NCBI GenBank assembly: GCA_020725385.1
Contig: DYFC01000062.1
Span: 1 to 58,394 of the forward strand
From: Nitrospira japonica
Lineage (GTDB): Bacteria; Nitrospirota; Thermodesulfovibrionia; Thermodesulfovibrionales; SM23-35
Reading direction: 5' to 3'
Length of the DNA: 58,394 nt
The notes beneath the pieces were generated by a model. It did no database searches and was not told where the DNA came from. It saw only the letters and a program-made list of their open reading frames with translations. The translations under genes were made by a program, and so were the position numbers. This document shows, piece after piece, positions 50,515 to 58,394 of this stretch (positions within the stretch are counted from its first letter, which is position 1; every line of letters starts with the position of its first letter).

Positions 50515-52167
50515 TTATTTTCTATCAAGTACCTCTCTTATTTTATTCAATAGCTCCAAAGGCTTAATTGGTTTGATGATAAAAGCAAGTCCTTCTTTAA
50601 TATAACCCTTTGAATGAATCAGTTCTTCAGCATATCCTGACGTGAAAATTACTTTTGCTTCAGGAGAAATTTCTCTGATCTTTTCATAAACTTCCCATCC
50701 ATTCATTTTCGGCATTATCATATCAAGTATTACAAGGTCAATTTCACTTTTATGCAATTCATATTTTGATAAAGTATCATCCCCATCCTTTGCTTCAAAA
50801 ACTCTATAACCAAAATCCAATAAGATTGTTTTTGTACTTGCCCTAACTTCAGGATTATCTTCGGCAATGAGTAAAGTTTCATTACCGCCTATTGGTTCCT
50901 GAATTAATCTTTCCTCGGTTTCTGAAGCAGCGGGTTTAGCCAATGGAAAATATATCTTAAATGTTGTGCCTTTACCCGGCTCACTATATACATCAATATA
51001 ACCATTATGTTGTTTTACAATTCCATAAACCATTGCAAGTCCAAGACCTGTTCCTTTACCGATCTCTTTTGTTGTAAAAAATGGCTCGAAAATTTTGGCT
51101 TTTATCTTCTCATCCATTCCCTTCCCTGTATCTGTAACTGTAATAAGTGCGAAATCTCCTTCTTTCTCAAAGTCAAATCCAAATGTCTTTCTGTCAATAT
51201 GTACAAAACCCGTTCCAATGGATAAAAGACCGCCAGAGGGCATGGCATCTCTTGCATTTGTTGCAAGATTTATCAGGACTTGCTCTATCTGGACATGGTC
51301 AGCCATAATTATTAAGTCTTGATCATGTAATTTAGTTTTCAATTCAATGTCTTCTCCAATTATCCTGAAGAGGAATTTTTCAACATTTTTAACAATCTCA
51401 TTTAAATTTACCGGCAACGGATTAAGTATCTGTTTTCTACTAAAAGCAAGTAAACTTTGAGTAAGACTTGCAGCTTTTTCTGAAAGCGAAATTATATAGT
51501 CGGCGTAACTCATTAAATGTTTATCTTCATATATCTTCATTTTTATAGAATGTCCATAAGTAATTATTGCTGTCAGAATATTGTTGAAATCATGTGCAAT
51601 ACCTCCTGCAAGCTGTCCGATTGCTTCCATTTTCTGTGCCTGAAGAAGCTGTTTTTCAAGCTTTTTTCGCTCTTCGATTTCCTTTTCGAGTTCTCTTATC
51701 TTTTCTTCAAGCTTTGTAGCAACAATGTGGCTATATTTACTGAGAAATTCTTCTTCTTCTTTAATAACTTCTGCTTTAAGAACATTTTCTTTCTTGTTTC
51801 TTATTTCTTCAATTACATTACTGATTTCGTCCCATAATTCTTTAGGTTCTTTTGGCTTTATTATGAATGCATTTGCTCCGATCGAAATAGCAAGTTCCGC
51901 TTCTTTGTAACCTGTATAAACCGCAGAATAAAATATAAATGGAATTGACCTTAGACCATCATCTTTTTTTAAGGCTCTTAAGAACTGGAAGCCATCCATT
52001 TTTGGCATTAAAGCATCTGAAATTATTAAATCAGGTTTTTGAGCTTCTGCAATCATCATTCCCTCTTCACCATCTTGAGCTTCAAGAACTTCACAGCCAT
52101 GTTCCTGAAAATTATATTTTAGAATTAGTCTGTCATCAGAATTATCATCTACTATTAAAACCTTCAT
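50515..52167 (-). CDS. REC-HisKA-HATPase-REC hybrid kinase (CckA-like)
   Basis: [36 protein letters not shown], two receivers. Confidence 0.92.
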   Translation of the reverse strand: MKVLIVDDNSDDRLILKYNFQEHGCEVLEAQDGEEGMMIAEAQKPDLIISDALMPKMDGFQFLRALKKDDGLRSIPFIFYSAVYTGYKEAELAISIGANAFIIKPKEPKELWDEISNVIEEIRNKKENVLKAEVIKEEEEFLSKYSHIVATKLEEKIRELEKEIEERKKLEKQLLQAQKMEAIGQLAGGIAHDFNNILTAIITYGHSIKMKIYEDKHLMSYADYIISLSEKAASLTQSLLAFSRKQILNPLPVNLNEIVKNVEKFLFRIIGEDIELKTKLHDQDLIIMADHVQIEQVLINLATNARDAMPSGGLLSIGTGFVHIDRKTFGFDFEKEGDFALITVTDTGKGMDEKIKAKIFEPFFTTKEIGKGTGLGLAMVYGIVKQHNGYIDVYSEPGKGTTFKIYFPLAKPAASETEERLIQEPIGGNETLLIAEDNPEVRASTKTILLDFGYRVFEAKDGDDTLSKYELHKSEIDLVILDMIMPKMNGWEVYEKIREISPEAKVIFTSGYAEELIHSKGYIKEGLAFIIKPIKPLELLNKIREVLDRK

Positions 52168-52216
52168 ATAGCCTCCCTAAACTTTTCATCGTATTGTCAA
52201 AACATATTCACTCTTC

Positions 52217-52362
52217 TGTCATTCCCCGATTTACTTGCCACCGTTTTTGTGGTGGGATCAGGAGAGTCCAGAATTCAAAGGCTTATCACTGGATACCGTC
52301 CTCTGACTTTTTAAAGTTTCAAGCATGCCCTCTGGCTTGACCAGAGGGGTCGTGGTATGACA
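52217..52362. repeat. Palindromic REP/MITE-like element bounded by TGTCAT...ATGACA
   Basis: Starts TGTCATTCCCCGAT and ends CGTGGTATGACA; internal hairpin CCCTCTGG-CTTGA-CCAGAGGG. Confidence 0.65.
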
Positions 52363-52436
52363 AGTAAAGAACATCGTCTATCTGTTATCTGTTCTCTATT
52401 TTCCGGATTGTCTTCCATAACAAGCACTTTTTTCAT
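52311..52436 (-). pseudogene. Truncated response regulator (MKKVLVMEDNPENRE...)
   Basis: ATGA overlap with the upstream kinase stop. Receiver similarity is lost after about 15 codons, where repeat sequence begins. Confidence 0.6.
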
Positions 52437-54418
52437 AATTTTATCGGCACCACTATTGTAAATTTGCTTCCCTTTCCATATTCACTTTCAACTATTATCT
52501 CACCTTTTAACACTTCTGTTAAGAGTTTTTTTGTAAGATATAGCCCAAGTCCGGTTCCTGGCACAATTGCCTTCATAGGAGATTCAAGACGAACAAATGC
52601 TTTAAAAAGTTTAGGTATATCCTCTTCTTTAATTCCGAGCCCTGTGTCATGAACAGAGATTTCGATCATATTTAAATCAAATTCGGATTTATCAGTTGAA
52701 AGTTCTGAGACTTCTTTTTGACTCCAGACTCCCAACTCCGAACTTTTAACTTGTCGCGCAGCGACGCACAGTGAGCCTCCGTTTGCTGTAAACTTTACAG
52801 CATTACTTAAAAGATTTAGTACACATTGAAGTAGCCTTCTCCTGTCTGTATGCATTTTTTGATGGATTGATTGCACATGTAGTTCAAGTCCTCTATCTTT
52901 TAGTTCTTTTGATATTGAATCTACTGCTTCATTAATTAGATCATGCAAATCAAAATCTTCAATATAAACATCAATCATTCCTGCCTCTATTTTTGATACA
53001 TCTATAACATCATTAACAAGATTAAGAAGATGCTTTCCTGCTTTTAATATTATTGATGCAAATTCTTTCTGCTCTTCATTCAAAGGACCTTTCCATTGAT
53101 TAATAAGAATGCTTGAAAATCCAATAACTGAATTAAGTGGAGTTCTAAGTTCATGGCTCATACTTGCAATAAATTTGGATTTCAAACGGTCAATCTCTTT
53201 AAGTTTGACATTTGCTTGTTCAAGTTCAATGGTTTTCCGGTTTAAATCATCAACAAGATTCATCAGTTTACTTTTGCTATCACGAAGTTCATCGTTTTTC
53301 TTATTTAATTCATCCGTACGCTCTTTTACTAATTCTTCAAGATGCTCACGGTATTTTTTTAACTCTTCTTCTGTTTTTTTAAGAATTTCTATATTCTTTA
53401 ATTCTAAATTATATTGTCTTGCATAAAATAAAGACTGTTGATGCCGCCAGAGTAAAATAATAACAGTACCTGAAAATAAAATCATTATTAGAATTATTAT
53501 GCCTATAAGTCTGAAACTTATGTAATAAGGTCTGAAAACTTCATCCATATCTATTTTAGTCACCATAAACCAAGGAGTTTGAGGTATTTGTTTTATAGCA
53601 GCGAGAACAGGAATTCCGCGATAATCCTTTCCTTCTACAACTCCTGATTTACCTATTACAGCCATTACAGCAGGAATTTCAGTCCTTGACAAAGGAAAAT
53701 AAAGATTAAATGCGGTATTTTTTTGATGTCTTAACTCATTAAGATACATAACTTCATTGCCATGTTTCCGAACGATCAGATTTTCTCCTGATGTGCTTGG
53801 AATCGGAAAGGATTGTATCAAAGGATAAAGATACTGATATGGATCAATACGTAGAAAAACAAATCCTTCCAAAGACTTATTACTATTTAATGATCGGAAA
53901 ATTGGTATTACTATATCAATAAATATATTGCCTTTATTATTTCTATATAAATCAGAAAAGAAAATACCTTTGATTTTTAGAGCTTCATTTAGATAATTTG
54001 ATATTTCAGACAGTTCTATACGGGTATTTTCAGGTAAAGAAGCAAAAACACGGCCTTTTTTATCGATAATACTCATAATTTTATATTGTTGATTTTTGTA
54101 CATTGAGTCCATCCATGCAGGTATTTCTTTTTTAAAAAGAACTTTATTGTTATATTCTGAAAGTCTTTTTATTTGCGGAGCTATCTCAGGGTTTCTAAAA
54201 ATAAAACTCGCATCCCTGAACCTTTCTTCACGCCATATTTTAATTTGTTCAACTTTTAAATCAGATATCGCATTTAATTCTTTATGCTTTTCCTTTTTTA
54301 CATAATTTTTTAGATTTTGGTAGTAAAAATACCCAGCAATAATAATTAAGATTGAAAGCATAATAAAGATAAAAAACAGATTATAGGGTACTTTTTTCTG
54401 AATATTCTGTATGTCCAT
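52433..54418 (-). CDS. Cache-domain membrane sensor histidine kinase
   Basis: Two TM segments flanking a periplasmic domain (DYRGIPVLAA), coiled coil, SMSHELRTPL, HATPase. Confidence 0.9.
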   Translation of the reverse strand: MDIQNIQKKVPYNLFFIFIMLSILIIIAGYFYYQNLKNYVKKEKHKELNAISDLKVEQIKIWREERFRDASFIFRNPEIAPQIKRLSEYNNKVLFKKEIPAWMDSMYKNQQYKIMSIIDKKGRVFASLPENTRIELSEISNYLNEALKIKGIFFSDLYRNNKGNIFIDIVIPIFRSLNSNKSLEGFVFLRIDPYQYLYPLIQSFPIPSTSGENLIVRKHGNEVMYLNELRHQKNTAFNLYFPLSRTEIPAVMAVIGKSGVVEGKDYRGIPVLAAIKQIPQTPWFMVTKIDMDEVFRPYYISFRLIGIIILIMILFSGTVIILLWRHQQSLFYARQYNLELKNIEILKKTEEELKKYREHLEELVKERTDELNKKNDELRDSKSKLMNLVDDLNRKTIELEQANVKLKEIDRLKSKFIASMSHELRTPLNSVIGFSSILINQWKGPLNEEQKEFASIILKAGKHLLNLVNDVIDVSKIEAGMIDVYIEDFDLHDLINEAVDSISKELKDRGLELHVQSIHQKMHTDRRRLLQCVLNLLSNAVKFTANGGSLCVAARQVKSSELGVWSQKEVSELSTDKSEFDLNMIEISVHDTGLGIKEEDIPKLFKAFVRLESPMKAIVPGTGLGLYLTKKLLTEVLKGEIIVESEYGKGSKFTIVVPIKL

Positions 54419-54556
54419 TTTGTTTTTTAATATATTTAAGAATATTTATTAACCTTATATCAAATTTTGCTTCGTTTGTCTAACAATATTGCATCTTTAA
54501 AAGAAATTTTTTATGAAATATTTTGGGTTAGAATAATTGCAGGATTGAATAGGTCT

Positions 54557-55801
54557 CTACCGGTATTCATGAATTTTCTCGATTCTATCAATAACAGGAG
54601 GATGGCTGTAGTAGAATAATACATATAATGGGTGGGGAAAAAGATTTGAAAGGTTATCTTTAGAGAGTTTGACGAGTGTACTTATCATTGCTTCTTTATT
54701 ATTACATAGTTTCAATGCAAATTTATCAGCCTGACTTTCGAATCTTCTTGAGATGTAATTTGCAAGCGGTGTAAAAGGAAAAGATATTATTCCGCCAACA
54801 AACCCCAGGAGAATAATTTTAGCAAAGAAAGTATTTTGTTGAATCATAAATATTTGTGTGAGTATATCTGTTTGCAGTATTCTGAATGAAATGTAAAGTC
54901 CTATAAAAGAGAGAACCTCCGCAGCAACAATCATTTTAAATATATGCTTTTTTTTCCAATGCCCGGCTTCGTGAGACAGAACTGCGAGTATTTCATCATC
55001 AGACATACTTTCAAGCAAGGTATCATATAAAATAATTCTTTTAACTTTCCCGATACCCGAGAAATATGCATTGGTATGTTTACTCCTCTTTGAAGCATCC
55101 ATCTTGAAAACCCTGCTTATTTTTATCTTTACTTTTCCCATTATCTCTTTAATTCTGCTTTCAAGTTCTGCATTCTCGATTGGAGTAAATTTATTGAATA
55201 AAGGCTCTATTAAGAACGGTGCAACATACATCAAGAATATGCTGAAAACAAGGAAGAAAAACCAGAGATAGAGCCACCAATATTCAGGGCTATTTTGAAT
55301 TATCCATAGAGCAACAATAATAACTATTACATTTAAAATTGTTGAAAGTAAAATGGATTTTATAAAATCCTGAATCCATAATTTTAATGTCATCGTATTA
55401 AATCCATATTTATTTTCAATCTTAAAAGTACTATAAAGACTGAAGGGAATCGAAATTATTGTACTGGCATAGCTTAAAAGCAAAAAGAAAATAAGCCCTG
55501 AAAGTATAAAGGATAAATTTAGAGAAATAATCCAGTTATTATAAAAATCTAAAAATCCAAAGAAAATAAAAATAATTGTAACAAAGTTTCCAACAAGTGA
55601 TGATATTATATCAATCTGCGTTTTTTCTCTTTCATAATCCTGAACTTTCTTAAGAAAGTCTTTGTTAATATACCCTTCAAATTCAGGAGGAACAGTATTT
55701 CCATATTTTTTCATGTGTCGAAGATTAAGATATATCAACAGATACTCAAAACCCTCTTTTAAAATGTAAAGGAAAAAAATAATAACTAAATAAAACTTCA
55801 G
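54557..55801 (-). CDS. M48 (Ste24-like) zinc metalloprotease, probable CTG start
   Basis: NAYFSG, HEAGH, SRRFESQAD, SHPP. The frame is open upstream of the track start to CTG 55801, 7 nt after AGGAG. Confidence 0.88.
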   Translation of the reverse strand: MKFYLVIIFFLYILKEGFEYLLIYLNLRHMKKYGNTVPPEFEGYINKDFLKKVQDYEREKTQIDIISSLVGNFVTIIFIFFGFLDFYNNWIISLNLSFILSGLIFFLLLSYASTIISIPFSLYSTFKIENKYGFNTMTLKLWIQDFIKSILLSTILNVIVIIVALWIIQNSPEYWWLYLWFFFLVFSIFLMYVAPFLIEPLFNKFTPIENAELESRIKEIMGKVKIKISRVFKMDASKRSKHTNAYFSGIGKVKRIILYDTLLESMSDDEILAVLSHEAGHWKKKHIFKMIVAAEVLSFIGLYISFRILQTDILTQIFMIQQNTFFAKIILLGFVGGIISFPFTPLANYISRRFESQADKFALKLCNNKEAMISTLVKLSKDNLSNLFPHPLYVLFYYSHPPVIDRIEKIHEYR

Positions 55802-55903
55802 CTTAATTCTCCTTTAATAATTCTAAATTTTTTAATTTGCATTTATTCTCTTCATTTCCGTAAAATAAGTAAATAACTCAATCCAATTTAGGAGGTGATT
55901 TAC

Positions 55904-55948
55904 ATGTGCAAAAAATGCAATTGTGGAAAAGGCAGCAAAAAAAAATAA
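55904..55948 (+). CDS. Putative 14-aa Cys/Lys micropeptide MCKKCNCGKGSKKK
   Basis: AGGAGGTG SD at 55890-55897 with normal spacing, followed by a terminator-like hairpin. Confidence 0.45.
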   Translation: MCKKCNCGKGSKKK

Positions 55949-55960
55949 AAATTAAAAATT

Positions 55961-56000
55961 AAAGGGTGTACGAAAAATATATAAATTAGTGCGCCCTTTT
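55961..56000. terminator. Probable bidirectional intrinsic terminator
   Basis: AAAGGGTGTAC...GTGCGCCCTTTT stem between convergent ORFs. Confidence 0.55.
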
Positions 56001-56003
56001 GTT

Positions 56004-56819
56004 TTACCAATCAAAGGCTATCTGTGGCACATTCTCTCTTTCTACCAATCTTATTGCTTTATTATTGCACACATTTCTGCATATTCCACATCCATAACAT
56101 TTTTTCAAATTTATTAGACATTTCTCATTTTTCATATCATATTTAATAGCTCCAAAATAACACATTTTCATGCATTCTTTACAACCGTTGCAGAGTGACA
56201 TATCCATCTCTGCTACATACTCGGCTTTCCACATAATTTTCCCTATTTCCATTTTCATCTGAAATCTATATGCCATACAATCTCTGTCACAATTACATAA
56301 TGCTGCAATAAAAGGCGTGTTGAATGTCCACAGGCTATGAGTATTTCCTTCTTCATCAAGCTGCTTTAAATACATCTTTGCTTCTTGAATTGTCATTCTG
56401 TCAAAATCACTAAAATCCGGCACATCTTCAAAAATATCCGTAAGGTCCAGTCCGATCCCGAAACAAAACCTTTTATTCTCACCAATTGTAACTTTTCTAC
56501 ATATACATGGTAGCCTGACAATAGACGAAAAATTATTAAGTATATTTTCAATATCTTCAATAGGAACTATCTGACCGAAATGAGTTTTTTTCATATGTCT
56601 TGTAACTAACGGAAAAACAATTAAATTATAGATAAATGGAATTCTTCGTTTCCATTTGTATGCTAAAGGAATATCATGGGTCATGCCATGATAGAAATTT
56701 GAAAGATATTTTTTGAAATGTTCTTTTGAATTTACCTGATTAAATACTTCTTCAGAATAATTTACAATATTTTCATACCATTTTTTGCCTTCACCATGTT
56801 TTGTACAGAACTCGCACAT
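56004..56819 (-). CDS. 4Fe-4S dicluster (ferredoxin-domain) protein
   Basis: CNGCKECMKMC and CYGCGICRNVC, plus extra Cys motifs MCEFC, CICR, CNCDRDC. Confidence 0.85.
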   Translation of the reverse strand: MCEFCTKHGEGKKWYENIVNYSEEVFNQVNSKEHFKKYLSNFYHGMTHDIPLAYKWKRRIPFIYNLIVFPLVTRHMKKTHFGQIVPIEDIENILNNFSSIVRLPCICRKVTIGENKRFCFGIGLDLTDIFEDVPDFSDFDRMTIQEAKMYLKQLDEEGNTHSLWTFNTPFIAALCNCDRDCMAYRFQMKMEIGKIMWKAEYVAEMDMSLCNGCKECMKMCYFGAIKYDMKNEKCLINLKKCYGCGICRNVCNNKAIRLVERENVPQIAFDW

Positions 56820-57896
56820 TTATTTTGTTGCTTCGTCATATTCTTGCTTTATCTTATCTATGAGTTCCTTTACAGAAATTATTTTTTCCGCTCTATATGC
56901 ATTTGCACCTGCAAAAGCAAAACCATTTTGAAGATTCCCGCGTTGTGCGTTGATAAGCGCAAGAGAAATACAATAAGGGCTATTTTTGAAATCACATGTT
57001 TTCAGGCAATGATACGGACACTTAAAAGGTTTCCTCATACCTTGACTTACCTGTTCTATAAACTCATTTCTAATCGCTCTGCCCGGAAGTCCAACAGGAC
57101 TGTTAATTATAACCATATCTCTTTCAGAAGCATTTATATAAGCTTTTTTAAATTCTTCAGATGCATCACATTCAAAAGTTGTAACAAAACGTGTTGCCAT
57201 CTGAACACCTGCAGCACCCATTTTTAAAAATTTATCAATGTCCTCTCCTGTATAAATTCCACCTGCTGCGATAACAGGGATTTCTTTTTTATATTTCTCT
57301 TCAAAAGGCTTTAAAGCATTTATAACCTCAGGCACTATTTTCTCAAGAGAATGTTCAGGATCATTTATTTCACTAATTTTAAATCCAAGATGTCCACCTG
57401 CTTTTGGACCTTCAACAACAACCGCGTCAGGAACTCTATTAAATTTATCGCTCCATTTCTTTGCAATTATCGCTGCTGCTCTTGCTGATGAAACTATAGG
57501 AGCAAGTTTTGTCTTTACTTTTTCATTTAAATATTCAGGAAGATTAAGTGGCAAACCTGCTCCTGAAAAAATAATATCAATACCTTCTTCAATTGCTGTT
57601 TTAACCATATCGCCAAAATTGGTAAGTGCAACCATTATGTTGACACCAATTATCCCTTTGGTTAATTCTCTTGCTTTTCTTATTTCTCTCTTTAATGCTC
57701 TTATATTTGCTTCTAAATAATTTCTTGCAAAATCAGGTTCATTCATGCCTATAACTGCAGTAGCAATTACTCCTATCCCACCTTCATTAGCAACAGCTGA
57801 GGCCAATCCTGATAATGATATTCCTATTCCCATGCCACCCTGAATAATCGGTATCTTAGCGGTTAAATCTCCAATCTTTAAATCTTTTAAACCCAT
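56820..57896 (-). CDS. Nitronate monooxygenase / FabK-like flavoprotein
   Basis: PIIQGGMG, EGPKAGGHLG, IAAGGI, GVQMATRF, SPVGLPGRA; C-terminal Cys cluster. Confidence 0.88.
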   Translation of the reverse strand: MGLKDLKIGDLTAKIPIIQGGMGIGISLSGLASAVANEGGIGVIATAVIGMNEPDFARNYLEANIRALKREIRKARELTKGIIGVNIMVALTNFGDMVKTAIEEGIDIIFSGAGLPLNLPEYLNEKVKTKLAPIVSSARAAAIIAKKWSDKFNRVPDAVVVEGPKAGGHLGFKISEINDPEHSLEKIVPEVINALKPFEEKYKKEIPVIAAGGIYTGEDIDKFLKMGAAGVQMATRFVTTFECDASEEFKKAYINASERDMVIINSPVGLPGRAIRNEFIEQVSQGMRKPFKCPYHCLKTCDFKNSPYCISLALINAQRGNLQNGFAFAGANAYRAEKIISVKELIDKIKQEYDEATK

Positions 57897-58044
57897 AAAT
57901 TCTCCTTTTAAAATTGCATGGAAATACTTTTATTTATACAAGTACTTTTTTAGTACACTTTTATTAAAGGTATTCCTCTTGCAGAGTATTATATTTACTT
58001 TACAACATTATTGAATATTTTGTGAACTAAATACAAATAAAATC

Positions 58045-58075
58045 AAAAAAAAAGCCCGGTTTATACCGAGCTTTT
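58045..58075 (-). terminator. Intrinsic terminator of the rRNA operon
   Basis: Minus strand reads AAAAGCUCGGU-AUAA-ACCGGGC-U9, just after 5S. Confidence 0.8.
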
Positions 58076-58084
58076 ATATCTTAA

Positions 58085-58201
<117 letters not shown>

Positions 58202-58281
58202 AAATCTTTTTCTTAAAAATTTTACTATAAAAGAACCTTTTTTTTCAACTGTTTTTGACAACAGGAGGGAAATAAAATAAG

Positions 58282-58394
58282 GGTCAAGTCACACGGTCTA
58301 TTAGTACTGGTCAGCTGAATACATTACTGTACTTACACCTCCAGCCTATCAACGTGGTAGTCTACCACAGACCTTCAGAGGGATTGCTCCCTGG
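58282..58394 (-). rRNA. rrl: 23S rRNA, 3' end (partial)
   Basis: GGTCAAG..ACGG..ATTAGTACTGG..AGCT...TTACAC..CCAGCCTATCAAC matches the reverse complement of the conserved 23S terminus. Confidence 0.95.

Noticed and set aside
356-57227. Many 60-160 aa antisense or overlapping ORFs in the track (e.g. 25605..26096, 51939..52340, 56796..57227)
   Set aside because: They are shadows of well-supported genes, with no motifs or RBS.

Overview
AT-rich bacterial chromosome segment. The gene content (multiheme cytochrome plus heme-sensor kinases, AddAB-type genes, an archaeal-like ThyA, a likely selenoprotein) suggests an anaerobe such as Nitrospirota/Thermodesulfovibrionia or a delta-proteobacterium; that assignment is inference only. 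Left to right: (1) an accessory block (0.2-11.8 kb) flanked by two toxin-antitoxin modules, in which a Liv-type ABC operon carries a B12-radical SAM enzyme, a metallophosphoesterase and a flavin reductase, with livH frameshifted at a T9 tract; (2) lepA-hemW; (3) a DsbC-like gene with an in-frame UGA in a UxxC motif and a clean SECIS-like hairpin, followed by an unannotated small membrane ORF that may also read through UGA, an ABC exporter and thyA; (4) a tetraheme cytochrome/heme histidine kinase signalling operon; (5) ampG; (6) an exported caspase operon (DUF4384-like protein, Gly-zipper lipoprotein, C14 protease, TPR lipoprotein) whose proteins share a G-x-K-D-I-V motif; (7) housekeeping genes including wrbA and an AddAB-like pair; (8) a RiPP-like cluster: giant secreted gingipain (C25), PqqD/RRE, radical SAM-SPASM, an uncalled 58-aa Cys-containing precursor peptide, an HprK-like kinase and an S24/S26 peptidase; (9) more two-component genes, an M48 protease, a micro-ORF, an Fe-S protein, a nitronate monooxygenase-family gene, and the 3' end of an rRNA operon (23S end, 5S). 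The best novelty candidates are the RiPP/gingipain cluster, the selenoprotein pair and the caspase cleavage-motif operon.
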